Shown here: piece after piece, positions 18,085-27,263 of the stretch
How the letters are laid out: every line of letters starts with the position of its first letter
Position numbering within the stretch: position 1 is the stretch's first letter
IMG/VR virus record: IMGVR_UViG_3300011678_000001
Coordinates: 96,001 to 160,000 of that record
DNA: 64,000 bases
Source: a virus
Taxonomy: Duplodnaviria > Caudoviricetes
Strand: one strand, 5' to 3'
Program-made: the position numbers and the translations under genes
Notes under the pieces: model-generated
Told to the model about the DNA's origin: nothing
Seen by the model: only the letters and a program-made list of their open reading frames with translations
Databases searched by the model: none

Positions 18085-18687
18085 TTATTGACAGAACTGC
18101 TCGTAGTTGATGACGACGGCCTTCTTGTCGGAGGTCACGATGTAGGTATGCGCATCTTTCAACAACTTGATGCCCTGCTCGCCAGTACCAATGTAGACCC
18201 CCCACCATTGGTCAGCGGTCAACCCGACAATGGTCATGGCAGTGCCCTTGACATCTACCTGCGTGGTTTCCATCACGTTATCGGCGTGACGGATGTCGAG
18301 GCCGAACAGTGACTTTTGCATGTACGAGTATTCACGGCGACCGGTCAAGGTAAAGTGCTGCTTCTCGTCCACGAACTCACAGTTCTTGTACGTCACGATA
18401 CGTTTGCCGGGTTTGTTGTATTCCAGGTAGAGGTAGTACGCCCCCGCTGAAATCACAGCAATGACGATGAAGTTGATAAACAGGTACGACATCAACAGCG
18501 CCCGTTTGACTCTACCGCCGCGCGCCTGAATCTTCTCACGGGCCCGTGCACCAGCATCGTTGTGGTCTTCAGGCATCAGCAGCAGTGAATCGGTCTTCTT
18601 CATAGTCTCAATCGGTACACCGTCAATGATACGGACTGAGGTTTCAGGCTTTTCGAGGTCGTTACCCATTAGATCTTCAGCAGACAT
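18085..18687 (-). CDS. single-pass membrane protein
   Basis: TM segment ALLMSYLFINFIVIAVISAGAYYLY; AAGGA RBS; TACATTAT motif upstream. Confidence 0.8.
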   Translation of the reverse strand: MSAEDLMGNDLEKPETSVRIIDGVPIETMKKTDSLLLMPEDHNDAGARAREKIQARGGRVKRALLMSYLFINFIVIAVISAGAYYLYLEYNKPGKRIVTYKNCEFVDEKQHFTLTGRREYSYMQKSLFGLDIRHADNVMETTQVDVKGTAMTIVGLTADQWWGVYIGTGEQGIKLLKDAHTYIVTSDKKAVVINYEQFCQ

Positions 18688-18815
18688 CTAGGTGTTCCTT
18701 CTTAGTTGTGGTTGGCATTCCGTAGTTATAATGTATTGCCCCAGATTTTTTAATTACGGAACCAATAAAAAATAAAGAGGCGGCATAAAGGCCGGGTCCC
18801 CCCGGCCCCTATGGC

Positions 18816-19238
18816 TTAACGCCGTCCATACCCTAACTCTGCGTAAGGGTCATCACGTTCCTCATCGTTCACTACAACGAGGACAGGTTTCGGCATGGTG
18901 CGTACGGGCTCCACTGGAGGCTGAGCAGCTACTGTGATGGCTCGGTCGAGGTCGTCAGTCACCAGGACCCGCGTCATCCAATCGACATTGAAGCCGATGA
19001 ACTTACGCTTACCCTGAAAACTCATGACTCCGCGGCGAACGGTCAAGAACTGCGTGAGACGCTCCATCTTGGTCTGGCTGTCCAGCACGGCAGTGAACAC
19101 TGCATCTGGTTCAGTCAAGCACACATCCTGGAGACTGCTCAGTGGGTGAGCGACGCTTACGCCTAATGTTGCCAATAGACGGTTTACTTCACTTTCAGAA
19201 TCGGCCAATACAATGCTCACCCCATTGTCATTGCGCAT
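18816..19238 (-). CDS. hypothetical protein
   Basis: GAGGAG RBS; 140 aa. Confidence 0.75.
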   Translation of the reverse strand: MRNDNGVSIVLADSESEVNRLLATLGVSVAHPLSSLQDVCLTEPDAVFTAVLDSQTKMERLTQFLTVRRGVMSFQGKRKFIGFNVDWMTRVLVTDDLDRAITVAAQPPVEPVRTMPKPVLVVVNDEERDDPYAELGYGRR

Positions 19239-19262
19239 GATACTTCTCCTCGATATGAAGCC

Positions 19263-19637
19263 TTAGGTGCCAGTTACTTTTACCATAACAGTAGCGACAT
19301 CGCGTCCGCTAAAACCTTTTTTGCTGCCAGTGATCACGCGTCCTTCGACACGTGTTCTGGAGACGCGGTTCAGCGCAGCAATGGTTTGTTCTGAGAATTG
19401 CTCGGAATCGTAGATGACTTGCGGTTCGACATGGAGGATCTCCGTGAACCCTGCCGAGGAAATGTCCAGGTTGAACACTCCGCCCTTGGCCATCGTAACG
19501 CCGTACCATTCTTTTACATCAACCTCAATCAGTCCTTGTGGTGTGTACACCTTACGCGACTTGCGGTCGACGTAAGACTTTATTTTTGTCGGCAGCACCT
19601 GGACACTTGCAATAAGCTCGCTTAATCCAGCAACCAT
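19263..19637 (-). CDS. putative small virion/fibre-associated protein
   Basis: N-terminal amphipathic helix like neighbouring fibre-module proteins; beta-rich remainder. Confidence 0.55.
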   Translation of the reverse strand: MVAGLSELIASVQVLPTKIKSYVDRKSRKVYTPQGLIEVDVKEWYGVTMAKGGVFNLDISSAGFTEILHVEPQVIYDSEQFSEQTIAALNRVSRTRVEGRVITGSKKGFSGRDVATVMVKVTGT

Positions 19638-19684
19638 GGTTCGACCTATTTCTTCTCGATCGGTTAGCGTGATGACGGCATAGT

Positions 19685-19725
19685 GGCATAAATGACCTGC
19701 ACGGGTTTTACTCCGTGCAGGTCAT
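19685..19725 (-). terminator. terminator of the small RNA unit
   Basis: ATGACCTGCACGG/CCGTGCAGGTCAT 13-bp stem followed by TTATGCC. Confidence 0.8.
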
Positions 19726-19835
19726 GTACAGGCGCCGTGGTCGCGGGTTACGACTTCTCGTCGAGGCCATCTTGCGGACCGGGTAACTCTGAGCTGGATC
19801 ACCCCCTCACTAGACAGTATCTACTGCCTGTACAT
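19724..19835 (-). ncRNA. candidate small structured RNA (about 112 nt)
   Basis: Perfect 10-bp closing stem ATGTACAGGC/GCCTGTACAT, several internal hairpins, own TACATT promoter motif and terminator, no real ORF. Confidence 0.55.
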
Positions 19836-19857
19836 ACAATAGGTATTTCTCTCCTCT

Positions 19858-19887
19858 ACAATGTAGGGTTATAAGAAAGTCCAATCA
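19858..19887 (-). promoter_or_regulatory. early-type promoter (CCCTACATTG with upstream T-rich tract)
   Basis: Same CCCTACATT core as at about 12594-12602 and 38602-38610. Confidence 0.55.
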
Positions 19888-20463
19888 GACTGCGAAAGTC
19901 ACCCGGTTACTGGTCGAGAGTTTGCATTGGATCATGCCGCGCTTAATCCCGACGTTTACACCGCATCGCATGGTATCGACTTCAAACGAGCTGTAGTAGG
20001 CACTCGACAGTAGGAAGCACAGGACAATATTGCCATTGGTGTCGGCGTATTGGTCTACAGTTACCGTGCCCATGGCCTCTTTGTTGAGAAATGAGTTACT
20101 TGGGCTGTAACTGTACCCGACGTAGGTGCAATCAATGATCTTGGCAGATCCGTAAGAATACCCCCTGACCCGGACATAGTGCATCCAGGTGTTCAGGTTG
20201 ATGTTACCTGGTAGCTTCAAGTGAACGTAGACGTTGGCTTGAGTGCTGATGCCCGATACATCGACAGGATCACCGCCCACGCGCTTGTTCGTGGCATCGA
20301 TGCTGTAGATCATCAATTGATAGACGTTGCGAAAGACTGTGCCAATGGAGGCTTCAGGTCCGATGATGAACTTTTGATTCTCGTAGTTGGCCAAGGTGTC
20401 CCGTACCGTGAACAGGTAATTCGACAATTTGGTTTTAAGGGTTTGCCACAGGCTTGCGTTCAT
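19885..20463 (-). CDS. putative fibre/receptor-binding accessory protein (paralogue of 20472-21017)
   Basis: Shares YVHLKLP...GYSYG.AKI...Y.D.NG.IV with the neighbouring gene. Confidence 0.6.
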   Translation of the reverse strand: MNASLWQTLKTKLSNYLFTVRDTLANYENQKFIIGPEASIGTVFRNVYQLMIYSIDATNKRVGGDPVDVSGISTQANVYVHLKLPGNINLNTWMHYVRVRGYSYGSAKIIDCTYVGYSYSPSNSFLNKEAMGTVTVDQYADTNGNIVLCFLLSSAYYSSFEVDTMRCGVNVGIKRGMIQCKLSTSNRVTFAV

Positions 20464-20471
20464 GGTCAGGC

Positions 20472-21017
20472 TCAGAAAGTTAAATTGGAAGTCAGGCTGG
20501 CTTTGGCCGTGATGTTATTCAGTGCCGTTCGGGTGGCATCATCTGCACTCATGCCCGACACAGTCAGGTTTAGGACGTACGCACTTGAGAAGAACAAGCG
20601 ACACACCACGTATCCATTGTCGTCCATGTAGATACCCGGACTGTGCGCCGTGGTTCCTTGGACATGGGTGCTCAACGTAGCCCCTATACGGCCTGCAAAG
20701 AATTGACCACGGACAATCTTACCGACTCCGTATTGATAGCCTTCAATGTCAAGACGACAACAGAAATCAGTCCCAGGCGCAAAGGGTAGCTTGAAATGAA
20801 TATAGATGTTTTCAGTCTGACCGAGGTCATCGGCAGGAATGCCGGAGGTACTCGGGGCCCCATGGATACCGCCCAATGACCAGACATAAACCACCTTAAT
20901 TCGTTGTCTGAGCCAACTGCCGGTTTCGGCATGGGTGACTAACGCGGTGTAACCAGCACTGAGCAGCCCCATAATCTTACTTGCATAGCGATTAAACGCA
21001 TCGATAACGGCGCTCAT
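20472..21017 (-). CDS. putative fibre/receptor-binding accessory protein
   Basis: GGAG RBS before MSAVI; YIHFKLP...GYQYG.GKI motif; late-type ATCTTATG at 21049-21056. Confidence 0.6.
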   Translation of the reverse strand: MSAVIDAFNRYASKIMGLLSAGYTALVTHAETGSWLRQRIKVVYVWSLGGIHGAPSTSGIPADDLGQTENIYIHFKLPFAPGTDFCCRLDIEGYQYGVGKIVRGQFFAGRIGATLSTHVQGTTAHSPGIYMDDNGYVVCRLFFSSAYVLNLTVSGMSADDATRTALNNITAKASLTSNLTF

Positions 21018-21066
21018 GTATAACTCCGAGATGGAAAAGATAAAGCTACATAAGATTTTAGGCAAA

Positions 21067-21104
21067 CGGCATAAAGGGAGGGCCGAAGCCCTCCCTTTAT
21101 GCCG
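21067..21104. terminator. fully symmetric terminator
   Basis: CGGCATAAAGGGAGGGC-CGAA-GCCCTCCCTTTATGCCG: perfect 17-bp stem with a TATGCCG tail on both strands. Confidence 0.85.
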
Positions 21105-21108
21105 CATC

Positions 21109-21557
21109 TTATCGACCGCACCAAGAAGTCTTGGTACCGCCGTCGTAGCGATCAGCTAACCCTTTGGCGATCAGCGTTTCACCCACGTCGACTCCATCGA
21201 CTTCAACCCGTGCCAACAACCGGAAGTACTTATCGCGCTGAAGATCCAGCATGACCAGTACCTTACCGTTGGCCACCATGTCCCTGACCGTGTCCCGAGC
21301 CAAGACGGCTTTGTATTTCTCAGCCGCCTTCAGTTCAGGGGTGGAACAGCTGCTTGACATCTCGGGCGTATTGATCCCAATGACCCGGACCCCAGTTCCC
21401 GTCCGAAGACGGGGTAGAGGCCGGTGAGGTTCACGGTCAAGGTATCGCCATCGTAGACCCGGACCACATCGACCGTGGAGATTCCGATAGCGTCAGCTGC
21501 TTTGACACTGGGCACGACTGCAACCAACCCTAAGGCCAGTAAAAGTGCTCGTAACAT
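21109..21557 (-). pseudogene. secreted thermonuclease (SNase family), frameshifted at a G run
   Basis: Signal peptide plus VVRVYDGDT in one frame; VRVIGINTPE...DKYFRLLA...LI..GLA..Y.GG in another; one extra G at 21390-21393 restores a single frame. Confidence 0.8.
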
Positions 21558-21568
21558 GCCATCACCTA

Positions 21569-22453
21569 TCAGAGGACCAGCTGCAGGACGGGTTTCCAAT
21601 AGCCACTTGATGTCAGCGCAATGTTGCTGATGCCAGACACAGCGTTGGGCGCGCCTCTAGTGGCGCGCGTGGCGGTGGTGGTCCCGATATCTGCGCAAAG
21701 GATAGTTGACTGACCCTTTTGCATGTTGTCGTGGCTGAGGTCGTCCCACTTCATCCGGCTGTCCGCCTGAGCCAGGACGGTCGGGTAGTGCATCCGGTCC
21801 CATTCAGACTGATCGGTCGGTCGGGTGGCGGCCAGTGCTTCGGTGGGGTTGTTAGTCCCGACAGGCAGGCGCACGACGAATTGATGTTCGTTCTTCTGCA
21901 CGGTCTTCATCTGGTTGACCGGACTGCCCACAGGCGACGGTGCGAATCCAGGACCGTCAACGCCGTAGACGAGGCCTTTCTGGTACAGCGTTTCCCAGCT
22001 CAGGTTATAGGCAACCGGACCGTCTGGCAGGAAGAGGATTTTGCCATCGATGGCGTATTTAAACCACTTGGTAGTCACCCCTATGCGTGTACCGCCACTG
22101 CCGGAAGCAGTCATCAGTTCAGCATCAGTGAACATGTCGGCCTGAGGCACCGAGCCGAAGTAGCCGTCTTTGAAGTTACCACGGATCGGCTGTTGAGGAC
22201 CTGGGCCTGTGTAAGGAAACGCACCCAAGATCTTCTCATTTGAAAGCGTCTTGTCAGTTCCTTTGAATGATTCGAACCGGTAATAATAGACCTTGTTCTG
22301 CTCGAGGGTCTCATCCACGAACTCCATGACGCCTGGCCCTACCGTACCAATAGGTGCGGGGAGTGAGGCGGGATTCATCGGAGCGGTACTGCGGTAGATC
22401 CGCGTGCCATCGGAGGCCACGTTGCGGTCTTTCCAAGTCAATTTAAGTGGCAT
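21569..22453 (-). CDS. virion structural protein, phiKZ gp131-like paralogue family
   Basis: FN3-like N-terminus; TGPGP...GYFG...WFK...GKILFLP...SWETLY.KGLVYG motifs shared with the two neighbours. Confidence 0.75.
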   Translation of the reverse strand: MPLKLTWKDRNVASDGTRIYRSTAPMNPASLPAPIGTVGPGVMEFVDETLEQNKVYYYRFESFKGTDKTLSNEKILGAFPYTGPGPQQPIRGNFKDGYFGSVPQADMFTDAELMTASGSGGTRIGVTTKWFKYAIDGKILFLPDGPVAYNLSWETLYQKGLVYGVDGPGFAPSPVGSPVNQMKTVQKNEHQFVVRLPVGTNNPTEALAATRPTDQSEWDRMHYPTVLAQADSRMKWDDLSHDNMQKGQSTILCADIGTTTATRATRGAPNAVSGISNIALTSSGYWKPVLQLVL

Positions 22454-22465
22454 GGTCTGGCTCCG

Positions 22466-23422
22466 TTAGATGTTGAGGTTGACAGGGTAGGACGGGATGT
22501 GTTCCAGCACTGGCCGCCAGCACTGGCCTGAGACTGTAGACAAAGCGACCTGCTGTCCGAAGATGAGCGCAGTCTTGTCCGAGTAACCCGGACTCCCACG
22601 TCCAACTGCAAGGCCTGGATTGTTGACCGCCAATTCCTGACACCATGCGGTTTGGAAGTTGTTAAAATCAGCACGGGTTTTGGCAGCCCAGTTAGAGCGT
22701 CTTTGGGTGGCAGGTACCCATTCACAGGTCGGGTAAATCAGATCATCCCACTCAGAACCCGTTGACTGGGTCTGGGTCGTGGTGCTGGTGATGGCCAGCA
22801 TTCCGCGATCAGGTCGGGGAGCAGCTGACGTCATTAGACGCACCAAGAAGGATTCCTTACCGATGGTCACCACACGCTTCTGGTTGACTTTGGTGCCCGC
22901 ATAGAGCGAAGAGCCGAAATCGTCCGTACCGTAAACCAGTCCGGCGTCGTATAGCTGTTGCCAGCTGACGCTGCCGCTGATGTGCTGCAGGGGAGTAAAT
23001 AGGGTTTTCCCATTGCGGGCAAACTTAAGCCACGGGGTTTCTGGGTTGGTGACTGACCCCGGTGTGAAGTTAAGCGCTGCGCGAAGGTTAGCCGGTGTGA
23101 TGAAATCACTGCCCAGCAACTCGCCGTAAAATCCGTTTTCCAGATCGCCATCAACCAGTTTCTGTGAACCAGGACCGGTGCGTGGGAGTGCCCAGATCTG
23201 CTGGTTCAACGACACGTTACGGCCTTTCGAGGTGACAGACTCGAAGACGTAGTAGTACAGGGCACCGGCCACGACGTTCGGATCGATCCATTCAAGTTCG
23301 CCTTGAGTCAGAGTGGCCACTGGTGTGCCGAGGTTGTTACGATCGATGGGCGCGGTGGCCCGATAGATCTTAGTGGTCGTAGCTACCACGTTGGGGTTAT
23401 TCCAAACAAGCTTCAATTGCAT
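22466..23422 (-). CDS. virion structural protein, phiKZ gp131-like paralogue family
   Basis: Same motif set (TGPG, GFYGE, WLKF, SWQQLY.AGLVYG, WRPVLE). Confidence 0.75.
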   Translation of the reverse strand: MQLKLVWNNPNVVATTTKIYRATAPIDRNNLGTPVATLTQGELEWIDPNVVAGALYYYVFESVTSKGRNVSLNQQIWALPRTGPGSQKLVDGDLENGFYGELLGSDFITPANLRAALNFTPGSVTNPETPWLKFARNGKTLFTPLQHISGSVSWQQLYDAGLVYGTDDFGSSLYAGTKVNQKRVVTIGKESFLVRLMTSAAPRPDRGMLAITSTTTQTQSTGSEWDDLIYPTCEWVPATQRRSNWAAKTRADFNNFQTAWCQELAVNNPGLAVGRGSPGYSDKTALIFGQQVALSTVSGQCWRPVLEHIPSYPVNLNI

Positions 23423-23433
23423 GGTATTGTACC

Positions 23434-24417
23434 TTAGACAATAGTGGTTGTGACGTTACCGATGGGTAACAAGGCGTCTTCAGTGGCGTAACTTGCCACT
23501 TGAATTCGAGCTACAGCTTCGTGTAACACGCCATCCATACCACCTACGCTTAATGGCTGGTCGAGGGTGTCGTAACCGACCACGTTGATTCGGAAGATCG
23601 ACTGACTATGGTCGTAAGAGACATCGCCCACATTCAGAAGGAGCGGAGACATCGAATCGAGTTGAATGCCGCCGGCGTTGAAGGCAAACAAGTCGTTTGG
23701 AATCAATTCCAAGACTGGACGCCAGCCGTAACTGCCGGTCGCAGTCGCACTGGAGGTGTTGGTGAGAATCCCTGCCAGGCTGCTGTGGGTGCTCGCAATA
23801 CGCCAAACGCGCATGCCGCCGGCGGTCTTGACCTCACTGGCTGGTTTTTCCTGCACCCAACTGTATTGACCATTGCCTGAAAAGCCCAGTTGGACAGCCG
23901 TTTGACGAGTCCAGTACTCGCCCGAGGGATCGTTATCCCACAGCTTGAACAGCAGGTCGTCGACTTCACCGCCAATGGCGGTAGCCGGGTTGGCGTTACC
24001 GCCCTTCATCAACCGAACGATGTAGGCGTTATTATTGATGACCAGAATCTTCTTCTGATCGACTGGACCGTTATTGCCAGTGAACGGACCTGAACCTTCG
24101 AGCCCATAGACCGCACCAGCTTCGTAAATCTTGTCCCAAGACATGTCGTAGCGGTACGTCATCTTAGGGATGAACAAGGTCTTCTTACCGTGCATGAACT
24201 TCAGCCAAGGGGCTGTCGTGTTTGCAGCAGTGCCCGTTGTTAACCCGACCAAAGATGCCAGTGCAGCACCGTCGATCAGGTCAGCAGTCGGAACCTCGCC
24301 AAAGTAACCCTTATCGATATTGCCTGCGATGAGGGCTTTAGCACCGGGTCCCGTATACCTGAACGGGTTGAAGCCCTTGCGTTGTCTCGCCGCAGCGACC
24401 ATCAGCGCATGGAGCAT
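23434..24417 (-). CDS. virion structural protein, phiKZ gp131-like paralogue family
   Basis: Same motif set (TGPG, GYFGEV, WLKF, SWDKIY.AGAVYG, WRPVLE); start at MLHAL after AAGG. Confidence 0.75.
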   Translation of the reverse strand: MLHALMVAAARQRKGFNPFRYTGPGAKALIAGNIDKGYFGEVPTADLIDGAALASLVGLTTGTAANTTAPWLKFMHGKKTLFIPKMTYRYDMSWDKIYEAGAVYGLEGSGPFTGNNGPVDQKKILVINNNAYIVRLMKGGNANPATAIGGEVDDLLFKLWDNDPSGEYWTRQTAVQLGFSGNGQYSWVQEKPASEVKTAGGMRVWRIASTHSSLAGILTNTSSATATGSYGWRPVLELIPNDLFAFNAGGIQLDSMSPLLLNVGDVSYDHSQSIFRINVVGYDTLDQPLSVGGMDGVLHEAVARIQVASYATEDALLPIGNVTTTIV

Positions 24418-24448
24418 GTTTGTGTACCTTCGTGAGTTCAAGCCAGCA

Positions 24449-24519
24449 TAGCAACGATTGCAGGTGCAATCCCCCATGGCACAAATCATCCATGAGATCA
24501 CTGCACCTGCAATCTGCTA
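24449..24519. other. long intergenic stem-loop
   Basis: GATTGCAGGTGCA (24456-24468) pairs perfectly with TGCACCTGCAATC (24502-24514), extended by TAGCA/TGCTA and an inner CATGG/CCATG. Confidence 0.7.
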
Positions 24520-24523
24520 GTTC

Positions 24524-25036
24524 TTACGGAACCAGTACCATGCCCTTACCGAGCAAGTAACCGTCCCACGTTGCACCACCGTCGACAGTGCTGAAGGCCA
24601 GGGTGTCACGACCGTTAGCGCTCAGTTCAGGCTTCGCACCGTCCGACCAATGGATGTTGTTCCACCAGGTGATCGGGAAGGCAGCGCCGTTGGTCAGGCG
24701 CAGCGTGAAGGTGTAGGCCCGACCAGCGGCTGGTACACGCGACAGAGTGAAGGTGGTCGCAGCCGTGATGGTCTTGCCGAAGTGGTTGGCCACCCAGCAA
24801 TCGATCGCAGCGCCAGCGCCCAGGGCTTCGTAACGCTCAGTGATAGCGACGCCGATGTCACCGCCACTGAACATGCCCATCTCGATGTTTTCAGCGTCGT
24901 AGGACTGACGCAGCTCTTCGATCAGGCGGTCTACTTCAGCGATAGAGGCAGCATCGCCTGCATCGATAGCCGTTTTGACTTTGCCAGAATAGTTCTGGAG
25001 GGAAGCCAACAGGGCTTGTATTTTAGTTGCGTCCAT
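24524..25036 (-). CDS. tail fibre-associated protein
   Basis: C-terminal domain ITW...I.W..GA.P.LSA.GRD.LAF.TVDGGATW is typical of phage fibre tip/adapter domains. Confidence 0.6.
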   Translation of the reverse strand: MDATKIQALLASLQNYSGKVKTAIDAGDAASIAEVDRLIEELRQSYDAENIEMGMFSGGDIGVAITERYEALGAGAAIDCWVANHFGKTITAATTFTLSRVPAAGRAYTFTLRLTNGAAFPITWWNNIHWSDGAKPELSANGRDTLAFSTVDGGATWDGYLLGKGMVLVP

Positions 25037-25067
25037 TGTGGTCTCTCAATGTGTGGAGTGTTGGCTA

Positions 25068-25505
25068 TCAGCCCTTGAAGTGGCTTTCCCCACCGATGCG
25101 GACACCGGCATAGAAGATCGCCGCGCGCCAGCGAGCAATTCCTTCATCTCGCAGAGCACGGTACAGCACCTCGTCGGCTTCCTTACGCGTCAGGGCACGA
25201 GTCGTGCCATCGGGCAGGGTTACCGGGTTGCCGCTGTACAACCAATCGTGAATCGTTGCAGCCTTATCCCCATAGTCCGCCAACAGGGCGTAGAGGGGGA
25301 ACAGGAACAGGTTACGCAACGCATCCAAACTGGCGTAGTTGGTCTCAAATCCTTTCTTGACCGTGATGGGTCCGAAGACTTCATCGTTGTAGGTGAAATC
25401 ATTGAGCATCAAGTACAAACGACGTCTGAGTTCACGGGTGTCGAAATTGGAGAACTTCCCAATGCCCAATGTATCGGTGTATTGAGGTAGTGCCAGATCG
25501 TACAT
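25068..25505 (-). CDS. DUF1353-family protein
   Basis: V.KGFETNYAS, AATIHDWLY, RKEAD.V...AL, YAGVRIGG motifs. Confidence 0.8.
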   Translation of the reverse strand: MYDLALPQYTDTLGIGKFSNFDTRELRRRLYLMLNDFTYNDEVFGPITVKKGFETNYASLDALRNLFLFPLYALLADYGDKAATIHDWLYSGNPVTLPDGTTRALTRKEADEVLYRALRDEGIARWRAAIFYAGVRIGGESHFKG

Positions 25506-25558
25506 GATCAAATCCTCGAAGAAGGCGGGAAAATCCAGTCTCATAGGATTTGTCGATT

Positions 25559-25587
25559 CGGCATAGAAAGCGGGCAGAACGCCCGCT
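25559..25587 (-). terminator. terminator ending the desaturase cassette
   Basis: AGCGGGC/GCCCGCT stem followed by TTCTATGCCG. Confidence 0.75.
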
Positions 25588-25599
25588 GACTAGGGTGTT

Positions 25600-26523
25600 T
25601 CAGGCAAAAGCTTCGAGAATGTCCTCGATCACCGTTGCCTTGTTCGGGATGGCTTGATTGAGCGCAATACGCAACCGATGCCGTCCATTCATGGACACTG
25701 CTTGGACTCGCCCCATCTGATTCTTCTTAAGCATCTGGAAGATCGCAGGGGTTTCGTAGTTGGTCCGGCCTATGGGAGAGGACCCCACAAAACAGTTACC
25801 ATTGGTCTCACTTTGCCCATGGGCAATCATCAACCGCGTGAAGTTCTCATGACTGCAGTCTAATGAAAAGACATCGTCCTTCACCGAGCCTGAACCGTAC
25901 AGTGAGTAGTGTCCGTAACAGTGTTCAAAGCCCTCTAGGATCTTGCTGGTGATGATGTTCGGATTACCCAGTGCGTTGCATGCCGCTTGTGCTAGGAAGT
26001 CTTGTACGCGCATCCCAGCGGCCTTAGCGCGCCTTAAGTAATCGTCACTGATAAAGACCGTAGTCGTCTCAGCTTCACCTTCAATGCCCTCGAAGTTGTA
26101 CAGCCTCGGGTTGAATACCTGGTTGGGTATGATCTTGCCGATGGTGGTTGGAGATTCGTAATGCATGAGCATCCCGCCGGCTGCTACCCGAAAAAGTTCA
26201 TGGGTCAAACGACTGTAACTCCAGCCATCTAAGAACTCGTGAGTGAACGACAGCCAGTACCCTTCTTCACACTCGGCCACCTTAAAGCAGCTGGGATGAT
26301 CTAAGTGGTCGCGAGGATGGGTCGACAGTAACGTCAACCGATCCGCGATCTTGACCTGATCCCCATGCCAGTATGCACGCATCGCAGGGATGTGTTGAGC
26401 AATCTCATTGGCCGCCTCAATGAGGACATGGCCTGGGCAGTCGAAGTCCGGTACAAACAAGGCACCGTAAGTCATCTGCTTACCGTGGCCCGAGAAGGCC
26501 CGCTGCATGGGGTTCAGTCTCAT
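25600..26523 (-). CDS. stand-alone NRPS condensation-like / CoA-dependent acyltransferase
   Basis: N-terminal LNPMQ (C-domain motif C1, LSxxQ) and active-site THEFLDGWS (HHxxxDG); ATGA overlap with desaturase 2. Confidence 0.7.
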   Translation of the reverse strand: MRLNPMQRAFSGHGKQMTYGALFVPDFDCPGHVLIEAANEIAQHIPAMRAYWHGDQVKIADRLTLLSTHPRDHLDHPSCFKVAECEEGYWLSFTHEFLDGWSYSRLTHELFRVAAGGMLMHYESPTTIGKIIPNQVFNPRLYNFEGIEGEAETTTVFISDDYLRRAKAAGMRVQDFLAQAACNALGNPNIITSKILEGFEHCYGHYSLYGSGSVKDDVFSLDCSHENFTRLMIAHGQSETNGNCFVGSSPIGRTNYETPAIFQMLKKNQMGRVQAVSMNGRHRLRIALNQAIPNKATVIEDILEAFA

Positions 26524-27263
26524 TTCTTGATCATCCTTACAAACCAGGAGGTGGGGTCGACTTCCCACTTCTTAATGGCAAAGTTCCACCGGTTCGGAAA
26601 CTTGTGGTGGTTGTTGTGCAACCCTTCGCCGCCAAAGAGCCAACCCAAGAGCTTGGAGTTCCGCGAGCCTTCACCGGTGTCGTAGGACACATAGCCAAAC
26701 TCGTGAATCCATTTGATCGTCACATACTTGCGAGCAAACTGCATCGCCACCACTGGAATGGCCCAGAGGTAAATCAGGGCTTCAAGGGAGATCAAAGACA
26801 GTAAGGCAATCGCCACGAACGAATACGCAAAGTAGTAGCGGTAAGTGCGCATCATGATCGGATCAGAGACAAACCTGCGCTTCATGCCAGGGGTCATCTT
26901 GACGTTGATGTTCTTGAACGACACCATGCCGCTTTGGGCGTAGTAGTGATGCGGGTCTTCAGGCGTATCGGACTTCAGGTGGTGTTCCAGATGAATGATT
27001 GCGTAGAGGCCCGGATGACCGGAGAGACTCGTGCACGTCGCCCAGATCATAAACTCACGCCAGAACGGCGTGGTCTCAAAGGAATGGTGAGTGAAGTAGC
27101 GATGGTTCCCAGCTGAGAGTCCTGCAATCCAGTAGACCTGGAACATACAGAACGAGCCCAAGAGCCACCATCCGTTCGGCATAAAAAGCGCCCCGACAGA
27201 GATGACCATCGCGAAGATGGTCATCGCCGCAGCCTGTCGGTGATCAGACTGAAGGAACCGCAT
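26520..27263 (-). CDS. membrane fatty-acid desaturase 2 (delta-9/OLE1-like)
   Basis: His boxes HRYFTH, HLEHH, GEGLHNNHH; DT.EDPH; TM helices; WEVDP. Confidence 0.9.
   Translation of the reverse strand: MRFLQSDHRQAAAMTIFAMVISVGALFMPNGWWLLGSFCMFQVYWIAGLSAGNHRYFTHHSFETTPFWREFMIWATCTSLSGHPGLYAIIHLEHHLKSDTPEDPHHYYAQSGMVSFKNINVKMTPGMKRRFVSDPIMMRTYRYYFAYSFVAIALLSLISLEALIYLWAIPVVAMQFARKYVTIKWIHEFGYVSYDTGEGSRNSKLLGWLFGGEGLHNNHHKFPNRWNFAIKKWEVDPTSWFVRMIKK

Noticed and set aside
19747-19757. GAAGTCGTAAC on the minus strand, identical to a 16S rRNA 3' motif
   Set aside because: Only 11 nt with no flanking rRNA similarity; probably chance
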